From NCBI GenBank assembly GCA_044225365.1, contig JBGAIQ010000008.1, positions 97,575-161,574 on the forward strand: a stretch of 64,000 nt of DNA, given 5' to 3'. Under the pieces are notes generated by a model. It saw nothing but the letters and a program-made list of their open reading frames with translations, was not told where the DNA came from and did not search any database. This document shows, piece after piece, positions 20,437 to 29,598 of this stretch (position 1 is the first letter of the stretch; the number at the start of each line of letters is the position of its first letter). The DNA is from Planctomycetota bacterium. Its GTDB lineage: Bacteria; Planctomycetota; B15-G4; JADJEK01. Both the position numbers and the translations under genes were made by a program.

Positions 20437-21113
20437 CGGCCCGCAACGCATTGCCCGTCGCGTCCCCCATCGCCGAGTCGCTGCTCGCCGCCAACGAGTC
20501 GCTGTCCGGACTCTGGGCGAGCATCGTGCGTCCGATCGAGCCAGGGAAGAATACGCGCGTCATCGTGATCGCCGCCGATCCCGGAGAAGGCGCGACGACC
20601 GTCGCGGTCTGCATCGCGATGGGACTCTCCGAGCATCTGCAAGGCCGCGTCGCGCTGGTCGAGACGAACGTCCAACGACCGGGCCTCGCTACGTATCTCG
20701 GAGTCCCGGCCACGCCGGGATACGCCGAAGTCGCAGCCGGCGAGATCGCGCTCGAGAAAGCGCTGCGCCATCCGCTCGGACCCGAGTTGTCGATACTGCC
20801 CGCAGGTGCCCTACCGACTCCGCATCCAGGGAAGGGAAACGCCCTCGCCGCGCGGGCCGGATCCGAACTCGGCGAACAGATGTTCCGCAAGCTCGCCGAG
20901 GACCATCGCTACATCGTGATCGACGCGCCGCCGATCCTGCATTGTCCCGAGGCTTCGTGCCTCTTCCCGCACGCCGACCAGGTCGTTCTCGTCGCTGACG
21001 CGCGGAACACCGACAAGAAGCGCACCGAACGCGCCGCACGCCTCATCCAGCAGCTCGGTGGCGCGCTCTCCGGCGTCATCCTCAATCGCGGCTACGAGGG
21101 CGGCGACGACTGA
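20433..21113 (+). CDS. CpsD/CapB-family tyrosine kinase-like ATPase (degenerate)
   Basis: PGEGATT, LVETNVQRP, IVIDAPP, GVILN; coupled to the co-polymerase (ATGA overlap). Confidence 0.85.
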   Translation: MTARNALPVASPIAESLLAANESLSGLWASIVRPIEPGKNTRVIVIAADPGEGATTVAVCIAMGLSEHLQGRVALVETNVQRPGLATYLGVPATPGYAEVAAGEIALEKALRHPLGPELSILPAGALPTPHPGKGNALAARAGSELGEQMFRKLAEDHRYIVIDAPPILHCPEASCLFPHADQVVLVADARNTDKKRTERAARLIQQLGGALSGVILNRGYEGGDD

Positions 21114-22411
21114 CGCCGCGGCTCGAAGCGTTCGACGCGAATCCGTTTCAGCAGGCCGCGCGTGAACACCCGCTTCAGCGTGCCGTAGATCGACTGCGCC
21201 TTCTCCTTCGGCGTCAACACCCGCCACCACGACGAGAACAGCGAGAAACCGCGATAGCGAGGCGCAGCCGCGAACAGGGCGCGACTCGCGAGGACTCGAC
21301 CGAAGATCGTGGCTCGCGTGCGCAGCATGTTCGGTTGCGAGCGCAGTAGGATCTCGGGCCCGACCTTCTCGAGAACGAGATGACCGGATTCGACGGCGGC
21401 GGCGAGGATTCGTCGACCCCGCTCGGTCCGCGCGAGCACGAGGGACCGCCCCGGCTCACCGTCGCGCAGCGTGCGATACCACGGATCCCCGACGGCGATG
21501 TCGGCGAATTCTCCACTGTGATCGACGCACACGTGGCACCGCCACGGCCGGTGCTTCTGTAGGACGTCACCCCACGACTTCTCGTACGTCATCTCCGCCG
21601 TGCGCATCCCCCCACCGGATGCATCATCGCGAAACGATGCGCTCGCCATCCCCGGCCAGCCACGGCCGCGATAGCGCAGGGATGTGACGGACTCCGGATC
21701 CTTCACTCCCATCTGCCGCAGCATCTCGAACGTCCCTTGCAGCGAAGGCGTTCCGGCGCAGAAGAACGCGACCGTGAAGCCGATCTTGCGATCGAGCTCG
21801 GGACGCAATCGTCGCGCATTCTCCGTCGCCGCAATGTCGCACGGCTTTCCGATCACGGCGCAAGGCCCCATCGCGTTCTCGACCAGCGCGAGGCCGTCGC
21901 AAGGACTCGCCGGCGCGTAGCGCGACCCGGTGGCGGCGAGGATCTCGGCGCGGGTGGTGCTGAGCTGGGTGCGGTTCAGATACCTCACGTCATCGCGCGC
22001 GGCGATCTGCAGCACCCCATGCATTCCCCCACGTTCGAGCCCGAACAGCGCGAGCGCACTGGCGGCGCCGCCGCTCGACCCGAGGAAACGAAGCTCTTCG
22101 TCGCCGGCATAGCCCTCGTACAGCTCGTACACGGTTCCCCAGTCCCCGAGCAGTTCCTTCGCGACATCGTCCCTCTGCTCCGGCTCTCGCGCCACGAGTC
22201 CGACTCCCGGGCAGGCTTCGAGCGCATCGCGGAGCGACGAATCGGCGACCCGATCCATCGAGCGGTCGTGCGGCAGCGGAATCTCGACCGGTCGCCTCCC
22301 GTGAGCGAGGTCGTCGACCATCTCGATGCGCTGGGGCGCGAGGTAGGCACAAACACCGCAACCGCTGCACAGTTGCCGCGCGACGACGTCGAAGATCGAT
22401 TTCTCGCTCAA
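21092..22411 (-). CDS. Coenzyme F420 hydrogenase/dehydrogenase beta-subunit family Fe-S flavoprotein
   Basis: CSGCGVC, ACPG, SSGG, GSRY, GKPC, FFCAG, YRGRGWPG, CHVCVD, DIAVGDPW. Confidence 0.9.
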   Translation of the reverse strand: MSEKSIFDVVARQLCSGCGVCAYLAPQRIEMVDDLAHGRRPVEIPLPHDRSMDRVADSSLRDALEACPGVGLVAREPEQRDDVAKELLGDWGTVYELYEGYAGDEELRFLGSSGGAASALALFGLERGGMHGVLQIAARDDVRYLNRTQLSTTRAEILAATGSRYAPASPCDGLALVENAMGPCAVIGKPCDIAATENARRLRPELDRKIGFTVAFFCAGTPSLQGTFEMLRQMGVKDPESVTSLRYRGRGWPGMASASFRDDASGGGMRTAEMTYEKSWGDVLQKHRPWRCHVCVDHSGEFADIAVGDPWYRTLRDGEPGRSLVLARTERGRRILAAAVESGHLVLEKVGPEILLRSQPNMLRTRATIFGRVLASRALFAAAPRYRGFSLFSSWWRVLTPKEKAQSIYGTLKRVFTRGLLKRIRVERFEPRRQSSPPS

Positions 22412-22754
22412 GTCGTGGATCCGATCGTTTCATGGTTGCGGGAATCGGCCCGGTGGAAGGAGCCGCGACTCCGCGCCCCAAGTCCGACGCCCCGAAAGTC
22501 CCGACTCTCGACACGTCGGAGGATCGGGGATTCGCCACCGCGTAACAAGAGATCGGACATATTCAAGCGTCATCTGTTGGTGGCGGGCAATCCCGCCGAA
22601 AGTCGTTTGCATCCTTGCACTCCACGTGGTCAACTTCAACCCGAGTTGTTTGGGTCTCCTGCGGTCAGTCCTCGATCGCCACCTCGACGCCCCGCCAAGG
22701 CATCGAGTTTCGAGGACGGAGTCGGAGACACGTCTCGCCGAGGACGTGATTCAC

Positions 22755-24140
22755 ATGTCTTTGAAAGCATGGTTCCAACCGAAGCGTTGGTTCGCTTCGT
22801 TGTTCTCCCACGTTCCGAGCGATCTCCCCGGGATCTCCTCGGCGAGTGAGTTCGAGACGCTCTTCCGTCGCGAGGTCGCGCGCAGCGACCGCAACGGACG
22901 ACCGCTCTCGCTCGTCGTGCTGATCCCGACCGAAGAGACCGCTCGCAACCTGCCGCGACTCGCGAAGACGCTCGCGGCGCGCGTGCGGATCACCGACTGC
23001 ATGGGATTCCTCGACTCGCAGCGACTCGCGGTCCTGCTCACCGAGACCGAGGGTTCCGCGGCCTGGCGCTTCGCCGACGACGTCCTGTCGATCACGAGTC
23101 GCCTCGGTCTCGGAGTGAATTGCGCGGTCTACAGCTATCCGCAGGACTGGCTCGGCATCCAGCACGACGGGACCCGCCGTGGCAACGGCGCGTTGCACGA
23201 GGGGAGCCCGCTCACGCGCAGCTCGCCCCCGCTGCGCTCGCAAGACGATCACGGCGATGATTCCGACGGCAACGACTTCGTCGACCGCCCGAATCACGCT
23301 CCCGCGCCCGACCACCGGGACGGGCAGGACGACGACGACGCGAGCGAGTCGCGCCCGCGCCGCGAAGCGAATCGGGAAGGCGGGATCGCGCTCGCAGAAC
23401 GCCGCGTCGCCACCCGTCGCACTCCCGTCGTCGCGAAGGTTCGATCCCTCCCGACGAAAGAGGGTCGCTCACTGCTCGCCTTGCCGCGGCAGCACGTCGA
23501 AGGCTTGCCGATCCAGGATCTCGCGCAGCTCCTGGTGCGCCCCATCCCGCTGTGGAAGCGCGCGATGGACGTTCTCGTCTCGGCCACGCTCCTGATCCTG
23601 CTCCTGCCGCTGTTCGCCTTGATCGCGATCGCCATCAAGCTCGACAGCACGGGGCCGGTCATCTTCGCGCAGCAGCGCGCGGGCCGCGGTGGCCGACCGT
23701 TCAAGTTCTACAAGTTCCGGTCGATGCGTGTCACGGCCGAGAGCGAACGCGCCATGTTGCTCGCCGCGAACGAGCAGGACGGCCCGGTCTTCAAGATCCG
23801 CAACGACCCTCGCATCACGCGCGTCGGTCGCTGGATCCGCAAGACCAGCCTCGATGAATTGCCCCAGCTCTTCAACGTCCTGAAGGGCGACATGACGCTC
23901 GTCGGTCCGCGCCCACCCACGCTGGACGAACTGCCTTCGTACGAGAATTGGCAGCGGCGCCGTCTCGACGTCATCGGTGGCATCACCTGCTCCTGGCAGG
24001 TGAGCGGCCGCAACGAGATCGGATTCTCCGACTGGGTCCGGATGGACCTCCGCTACGCGCGCCGCACGAGCCTCGCGGAGGATCTCTCCCTTCTCGCTCG
24101 AACGGTCGTCGCCGTCGGTACGATGCGGGGCGCGTACTGA
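22755..24140 (+). CDS. Priming sugar (phosphoglycosyl) transferase with N-terminal degenerate GGDEF-like domain
   Basis: C-terminal KRAMD..YKFRSM..DPRITRVG..SLDELPQ..LVGPRP; N-terminal RREVARSDRNGRPLSLVVL...RVRITD..G.L....AVLLTET. Confidence 0.9.
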   Translation: MSLKAWFQPKRWFASLFSHVPSDLPGISSASEFETLFRREVARSDRNGRPLSLVVLIPTEETARNLPRLAKTLAARVRITDCMGFLDSQRLAVLLTETEGSAAWRFADDVLSITSRLGLGVNCAVYSYPQDWLGIQHDGTRRGNGALHEGSPLTRSSPPLRSQDDHGDDSDGNDFVDRPNHAPAPDHRDGQDDDDASESRPRREANREGGIALAERRVATRRTPVVAKVRSLPTKEGRSLLALPRQHVEGLPIQDLAQLLVRPIPLWKRAMDVLVSATLLILLLPLFALIAIAIKLDSTGPVIFAQQRAGRGGRPFKFYKFRSMRVTAESERAMLLAANEQDGPVFKIRNDPRITRVGRWIRKTSLDELPQLFNVLKGDMTLVGPRPPTLDELPSYENWQRRRLDVIGGITCSWQVSGRNEIGFSDWVRMDLRYARRTSLAEDLSLLARTVVAVGTMRGAY

Positions 24141-24148
24141 AGGGCGGA

Positions 24149-24185
24149 AGCCGGACGGGAGCTCTCCCATCTCCTGGGAGCTTCG
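24149..24185 (+). terminator. Possible hairpin downstream of the sugar transferase
   Basis: Imperfect stem gagctctccca-tctcc-tgggagcttc just after the stop; no U-tract. Confidence 0.25.
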
Positions 24186-24219
24186 TGACGGTCGCCGCCG
24201 GATTCGACGCGCCGGCCGT

Positions 24220-24234
24220 TTCACGAATCGTGAA
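24220..24234. promoter_or_regulatory. Perfect 7-1-7 palindrome TTCACGA-A-TCGTGAA, candidate operator
   Basis: Read directly; intergenic, ~70 bp upstream of the wzy start. Confidence 0.35.
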
Positions 24235-24303
24235 CGGTCATAAAGTCAACGGACGTAACGATCCGAAGGTATCGGGTTCCGACCTCGCGCCCGACGCGAA
24301 CCG

Positions 24304-25674
24304 ATGCAAGAGAACTCCGCGCCCTATCTGGTTTCGTTCCAGGATCAGACGACCGTGCATCCGGTCGGACTGCTGGCGCTCGTCGTTTGCTGCGCGTCGA
24401 TCCTGTTCCTGCCGCGGCGGACCGCCATCGTTCCGATCCTCGTCCTCCTGTGCTTCATCCCGAGCGCACAGCGCGTCGTGATCCTCGGACTCGACTTCAC
24501 GTTCACCCGCATCGCCATCGTCGCCGGGTTCATGCGGATCCTCATGAAGAGCGAGTACGGCAAGCTGCGCTGGCGGGCACCGGACACGATCCTCGTCGTG
24601 TGGGCGATCGTCGAGTCGATCGCGTACGTCTCCCTGCATGGCGACTTCTCGTCGTTCATCTTCATCTCCGGTCAGATGTTCGACGCGCTCGGAAGCTACT
24701 TCCTGTTCCGCACTCTCGTCCGCGGCCTGCCCGATGTCATGCTCGTCGCCCGAGCGTTCGCGCTGCTCGCGATCCCGGTCGCCCTGCTCTTCCTCATCGA
24801 GAAGGCCACGGGTCGTAATCTGTTCGGGATCTTCGGCGGCGTGCCGTTCCTGACGATGGTTCGCGAAGGCCGCCTCCGATGCCAAGGTGCATTCCCCCAT
24901 CCGATCCTCGCCGGTACGTTCTGGGCGAGCGTCCTGCCCCTCATCGGCGCGCTCTACTTCTCGAAACGCACGCGGCGCCTCGCGCTCGTGGGGACGGCGA
25001 GCGGTCTCCTCATCATCTTCCTGTGCGCGTCGTCGACGCCCATCGGCACGACCGCGCTCGCCGTGTTCGGGGCCTGCATCGTGCCCTGGAGACGCTTCCT
25101 GCCGTTGATGCGCGTCGGCGCAGTCGTGATGCTGTGCGGTCTCCACGCCGTGATGAAGCAGCCTGTCTGGCATCTCCTCTCGCGCATCGATCTCACGGGC
25201 GGATCCGATGGCTACCATCGATTCCTGCTCGTCGATCGCGCGATCGCGTTCTTCTCGGAGTGGGCTGCGAACGGCACCCTCGACACCGCCCACTGGGGTT
25301 GGGGCCTCGAGGACGTGACCAATCAGTACGTATTGGAAGGCGTCCGCGGCGGCGCGCTGACCCTCGCACTCTTCATCACGATGCTCGTCATGTGTTTCTC
25401 GCGGGTCGGAAGGACATCGCGCGCGCTGGTCGGTGACAAGCCCGCCTTCGCGATGGCCTGGGCCCTCGGACTCGCGCTCATGGTCCACGCCGCGAATTTC
25501 GTCGCCGTCTCCTACTTCGGTCAGGTCACCGTGGGCTGGTACCTGACGCTCGCGCTCATCGTGAGTCTGCACCAGAGCCTCTCGACGCATCGAGCGGCGA
25601 TCCCCACTGCGATGCCGAGGCCCACGACCGAACCGTTGCCGCGCGCACCGGCCGGAGGTCGGCTTGCACACTGA
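24304..25674 (+). CDS. O-antigen ligase/polymerase-like membrane protein (Wzy)
   Basis: Polytopic; RCQGAFPHPILAG, HR..L, DVTNQY periplasmic-loop motifs; locus context. Confidence 0.8.
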   Translation: MQENSAPYLVSFQDQTTVHPVGLLALVVCCASILFLPRRTAIVPILVLLCFIPSAQRVVILGLDFTFTRIAIVAGFMRILMKSEYGKLRWRAPDTILVVWAIVESIAYVSLHGDFSSFIFISGQMFDALGSYFLFRTLVRGLPDVMLVARAFALLAIPVALLFLIEKATGRNLFGIFGGVPFLTMVREGRLRCQGAFPHPILAGTFWASVLPLIGALYFSKRTRRLALVGTASGLLIIFLCASSTPIGTTALAVFGACIVPWRRFLPLMRVGAVVMLCGLHAVMKQPVWHLLSRIDLTGGSDGYHRFLLVDRAIAFFSEWAANGTLDTAHWGWGLEDVTNQYVLEGVRGGALTLALFITMLVMCFSRVGRTSRALVGDKPAFAMAWALGLALMVHAANFVAVSYFGQVTVGWYLTLALIVSLHQSLSTHRAAIPTAMPRPTTEPLPRAPAGGRLAH

Positions 25675-26665
25675 GCCGCCGGCCGCGGAATCGGGGAGGA
25701 CCGCCGTTGCGTTGTCGATCCTCGTCATCAGTTACAACACTCGCGATCTCACCATCGAGTGCCTCCGGTCGGTCTACGCCGAGACGAGAGCGACTGCATT
25801 CGAGGTGATCTGCGTCGACAACGACTCGCGCGATGGATCCGCAGCTGCGATCCGCAACGAATTCCCGGACGTTCATCTCCTCGCACTTTCGCACAACGAA
25901 GGCTTCGCCGCGGCGAACAACCGGGCAGCGCGCGTCGCCCGTGGCGAGTGGCTCCTCCTGCTCAATCCCGACACCCTCGTCCTCGATCGCGCGATCGATC
26001 GGCTCGTCGCGTTCGCCGAGGCGAATCCCGGTCATTCGATCTTCGGGGGCCGGACGCTGTTCGGAGATCGGACCCTCGATCCCACGTCCTGCTGGGCGCG
26101 ACCGACGCCATGGAGCCTGTTCTGTCGCGGCACCGGACTCGCATCGGTATTCCGCCACACTCGATGGTTCGATCCCGAGTCCTACGGTGGATGGAAGCGC
26201 GATTCCGTTCGCGAGGTCGACATCGTCACGGGCTGCTTCCTGCTGATCCGTCGCGGGGTTTGGAACGATCTCGACGGATTCGATCCCCAGTTCTTCATGT
26301 ATGCCGAGGAAGCCGATCTCTGCCTACGAGCACGGCACCGCGGACTTCGAGCATTGCTCTGCCCGGATGCGACGATCGTCCACTACGGCGGCCGATCGGA
26401 GACGGTCGTCGCGGACAAGACCGTTCGCCTCCTGCGTGCCCAACATCAGCTACTGCGTCGCCATTGGACGGCATCGTCGTATCGATTCGGCCGCGCGATG
26501 TTGACGATGTGGGTCGCGACGCGTCGCCTCTTCTGGAGCCTCGTTCCCGGCAGCAAGAGCACTCCTCGCGCCGCGATGTACCGCGAGGTCCTCGCCCGTC
26601 GCTCGGAGTGGAGCCTGCCACCCGAGATGCCGGGCACTGCGCTCACGGAACCGGTGAAGCGATGA
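25664..26665 (+). CDS. GT2 glycosyltransferase
   Basis: ISYNT, VDNDSRDGS, GFAAANN, LLNPD, FFMYAEEADLC. Confidence 0.93.
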   Translation: MHTEPPAAESGRTAVALSILVISYNTRDLTIECLRSVYAETRATAFEVICVDNDSRDGSAAAIRNEFPDVHLLALSHNEGFAAANNRAARVARGEWLLLLNPDTLVLDRAIDRLVAFAEANPGHSIFGGRTLFGDRTLDPTSCWARPTPWSLFCRGTGLASVFRHTRWFDPESYGGWKRDSVREVDIVTGCFLLIRRGVWNDLDGFDPQFFMYAEEADLCLRARHRGLRALLCPDATIVHYGGRSETVVADKTVRLLRAQHQLLRRHWTASSYRFGRAMLTMWVATRRLFWSLVPGSKSTPRAAMYREVLARRSEWSLPPEMPGTALTEPVKR

Positions 26666-27834
26666 GCGAGGCGCGCACTTTCGACGGCATCCTGTGCTTC
26701 GGCGGCCTCGATTGGTGGTACCACAATCGCGGCCATTTCGACATGCAGATGATGCGCGAACTCAGTGCGCACGTTCCCGTCGTGTACATCAACTCGATCG
26801 CGATGCGGATCCCGAAGGTGACCGAAGGCGCGATGTTCTTGAAGCGGATCCAGCGCAAGTGGAAGAGCCTACGTCGCGGTCTCGTCCGCATCGACGATCG
26901 ATTCGCGGTGTTCACTCCGTTCGCGATCCCCGGGCGCGTGGGAACGGCGATGTCGCGGCTCGTCGTTCCGCATCAGGTGAAGCGCGCCGGCAAGGCTCTC
27001 GGGATGCAGCGCCCGCTCGTCTGGGTCGCGGTGCCGCCGGCCGCGCGATTCCTCGATGCTCTGAAACCGAACGGGCTGATCTACCAGCGCACGGATCGGT
27101 TCGAGGCCTTCTCCGGCGTCGATCGACCCTTCATCGAATCGTGCGACCGCACATTGAAGACGCGGGCCGACATCACGATCTTCTGTGCACACGAATTGCT
27201 CGATACCGAAGAGGCGCAATGTCGGAAAGCCGTCTTCGTGGATCACGGCGTCGACTACGAGAGATTCGCACGCGCTGGCGACACGGACGCGGCGTTGCCG
27301 CCCGACATGGCTTCGATCCCCTACCCACGCGTCGGGTTCGTCGGCGGAATCGACTCGCACACCTTCGACCCTCCGTTGTTCCTCGAGGTCGCGAGGCGAT
27401 TGCCGGACGTGCAGTTCTTCCTCGTCGGTGCCTGCTCGCTTCCCGAGAATTGGTGCCCACTCCCGAACGTGCGGCTCCTCGGACAACGCCCCTTCGAACA
27501 GGTCGCCGCGTACATGGCCGCAGCCGACGTGCTGATCATGCCGTGGAACAAGAGCGAGTGGATCCGCGCCTGCAATCCGGTGAAGCTGAAGGAGTACCTC
27601 GCGGTCGGCCGCCCGATCGTGACCTCTCCATTCCGCGAACTCGAGAACTACGAGGGGCTCGTCCACATCGCGACGGATGCGCCATCGTTCGCCGCAGGGA
27701 TCGAGCAGTGCCTTGGAGAACCCTTCGATCGCAGGCCCGGTCGACGCCGCGTCCAGGGCGAGACCTGGACGGCGAAGGCGACCGACGTGTTGTCCGCCCT
27801 CGAACGTGCCGGCTGGCGCGCGGCGCCGCACTGA
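26662..27834 (+). CDS. GT4-like glycosyltransferase (TuaH-like)
   Basis: DHGVDY, GFVGGI, ADVLIMPW, NPVKLKEYLAVGRPIV; ATGA overlap. Confidence 0.9.
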   Translation: MSEARTFDGILCFGGLDWWYHNRGHFDMQMMRELSAHVPVVYINSIAMRIPKVTEGAMFLKRIQRKWKSLRRGLVRIDDRFAVFTPFAIPGRVGTAMSRLVVPHQVKRAGKALGMQRPLVWVAVPPAARFLDALKPNGLIYQRTDRFEAFSGVDRPFIESCDRTLKTRADITIFCAHELLDTEEAQCRKAVFVDHGVDYERFARAGDTDAALPPDMASIPYPRVGFVGGIDSHTFDPPLFLEVARRLPDVQFFLVGACSLPENWCPLPNVRLLGQRPFEQVAAYMAAADVLIMPWNKSEWIRACNPVKLKEYLAVGRPIVTSPFRELENYEGLVHIATDAPSFAAGIEQCLGEPFDRRPGRRRVQGETWTAKATDVLSALERAGWRAAPH

Positions 27835-27836
27835 GA

Positions 27837-28523
27837 TCAAACGATCTCGCCGAGTGTCCTCAACGTGATCCGCTCCCGTGCCGCAGCGGCGATGAGCTGC
27901 GTCGTCAACTCGATCACGAATCCGCGGCCCTTCGATTCCGGCGAGTGCATGTCGTGCATGAGAACGACACCGCCCCCTCGCTTCACGAATTCGGCGACGA
28001 TCCCGGCCACGTTCGGGGGTGCGTCGTGCGTATCGCCCGAGTCCAGCGTCCACCATCCGAGGCGAACGCCACGCAACCGCGCGGCGAGCCAGGTGAAGAT
28101 CGTGATCTTGCCGTAGGGTGGCCGGAACAGCGGCCGCGCCGGAAGCCGTCCCTGGAGCGCGCGGAGGCCATCGCGGAGGTCGAGGAGGGAGGTCCACGGC
28201 ATCGATCGCCAGGGATGCACGTGCCGCGCCGAGTGGGAACCGATCTCGTGTCCCGCGCGGGCGACGGCTTCGACCACGTCCGGCAACGGATTCGCGCGCG
28301 TGCCGGTCATGAAGAACGTCGCACGCGCGCCGCCCGAACGCAGGACCGCCAAGAGCTCCAAGGTGAGATCCGACGTCGGACCGTCGTCGTAGGTGAGCAC
28401 GAGGACTCGACGTTCACGACATTGTCGATCGAGGACCGAGCGGGCGCGCAACTTCACGCAGTGAGGTACCACGTAGGTCAAGGCGCCGAACGCACCGACG
28501 GCGACCGCAGCGGCGATCAGCAT
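27837..28523 (-). CDS. Polysaccharide deacetylase (CE4, NodB)
   Basis: LTYDDGP, ATFF, GSHSARH, FRPPYG, LMHD. Confidence 0.92.
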   Translation of the reverse strand: MLIAAAVAVGAFGALTYVVPHCVKLRARSVLDRQCRERRVLVLTYDDGPTSDLTLELLAVLRSGGARATFFMTGTRANPLPDVVEAVARAGHEIGSHSARHVHPWRSMPWTSLLDLRDGLRALQGRLPARPLFRPPYGKITIFTWLAARLRGVRLGWWTLDSGDTHDAPPNVAGIVAEFVKRGGGVVLMHDMHSPESKGRGFVIELTTQLIAAAARERITLRTLGEIV

Positions 28524-29014
28524 GGTCCCTTCGGAAGCGCAGCGAATTCGCGGATCACCGCGAGGAGGCGCGAGGAGGCAACCTTCGAGATCGGTCGCTC
28601 GGGATGGATCGAAGCGCTGTCGTCGAGCTTCGACACGAGTTCCGCGGCGTCCAGAGCGACCGCGACCTGGAATCGCTCGACCAGTCGTTTGGCCGTCGCG
28701 ACCTGGTGGTCGTTGCGCGTCTCGCGCAGATCACCGCGCCGCGGCATGATGAGCAGGGGCTTTCCGAGTTCGAGCGCCGTCAGGATGCTGCCCATTCCGG
28801 CGTGCGCAACGACGAGCGACGACTCCTCGACCCGCCTTCGATATTCATCGGGCGATAGGAAGCGCACGAAGGGCACGTAGGTCGGCGGCGACTCGGTGTC
28901 CGCGACTTGTGCAAAGACATCCTTGCGGCCGCGCTCGCGAGCCCAACGGTCTACCGCGCCGACCATGCGATCGAACGGCATCTGCGCACCGACCGTGACC
29001 AGGATTCCGCTCAC
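28517..29014 (-). CDS. PssE/Alg13-like glycosyltransferase subunit (GT28 C-terminal)
   Basis: ILVTVGAQMPFDR, AHAGMGSI, MPRR...NDHQ; GTG start overlapping the upstream stop. Confidence 0.88.
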   Translation of the reverse strand: MSGILVTVGAQMPFDRMVGAVDRWARERGRKDVFAQVADTESPPTYVPFVRFLSPDEYRRRVEESSLVVAHAGMGSILTALELGKPLLIMPRRGDLRETRNDHQVATAKRLVERFQVAVALDAAELVSKLDDSASIHPERPISKVASSRLLAVIREFAALPKGPC

Positions 29015-29469
29015 AGGACGGCGCCCTCGTAGCGCGGGCCATCCGGCCGCGCGAGATGTTCCCACTGCGTGAGCCACAGATCGGCGAAGGGCCGCACGCG
29101 TTGCCCCGACATCGACAGCTCCTCGACGTTGGCGATGCTATCGACCCAGATCGTCTTCGCGCCGATCCACTTGCCGAAGCGCAATGCGAAATACCCCGGC
29201 GCGGCACCCGTGGAGATGACGACCGCCGGACGTTCCTTCACGAGGATGTAGAGCAGATGGATCGCGAGTGCGATGAGTCGCAGGCGATCCCATCGCGTCG
29301 CGTCCGTGATCACATACCGTCGCGCGCAGCGCACGGGATCCTCGGCGGCGCGGGCGATCGTCGCGATCACCAGTTCGCTTCCTTCGAGGGCCGGCAGCAG
29401 CCGCTTGAATTGCACCCAATGCCCGCCGCCCGAACAGCACGCGAGGATGCGCGTTGAACGATCACTCAT
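29011..29469 (-). CDS. PssD/Alg14-like glycosyltransferase subunit
   Basis: SGGGHW, STGAAPG, WVDSIAN, SMSG, TQW. Confidence 0.9.
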   Translation of the reverse strand: MSDRSTRILACCSGGGHWVQFKRLLPALEGSELVIATIARAAEDPVRCARRYVITDATRWDRLRLIALAIHLLYILVKERPAVVISTGAAPGYFALRFGKWIGAKTIWVDSIANVEELSMSGQRVRPFADLWLTQWEHLARPDGPRYEGAVL

Positions 29470-29598
29470 GGCAGAGGGTGGAATGGGGTCGTAGGTGCAT
29501 GCGGCGAGGCCCGCGGGCGATCATGGATCGAACTCTCGAATCATACAAGACGCTCGCGACGGAGCGCGAAGGCTAGCGACGTACGATCGTCGATCCCT

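Noticed and set aside
21092-22411. Evidence of hydrogenase or methanogen-type F420 metabolism
   Set aside because: No alpha/gamma subunits or maturation genes; this family is common in polysaccharide loci
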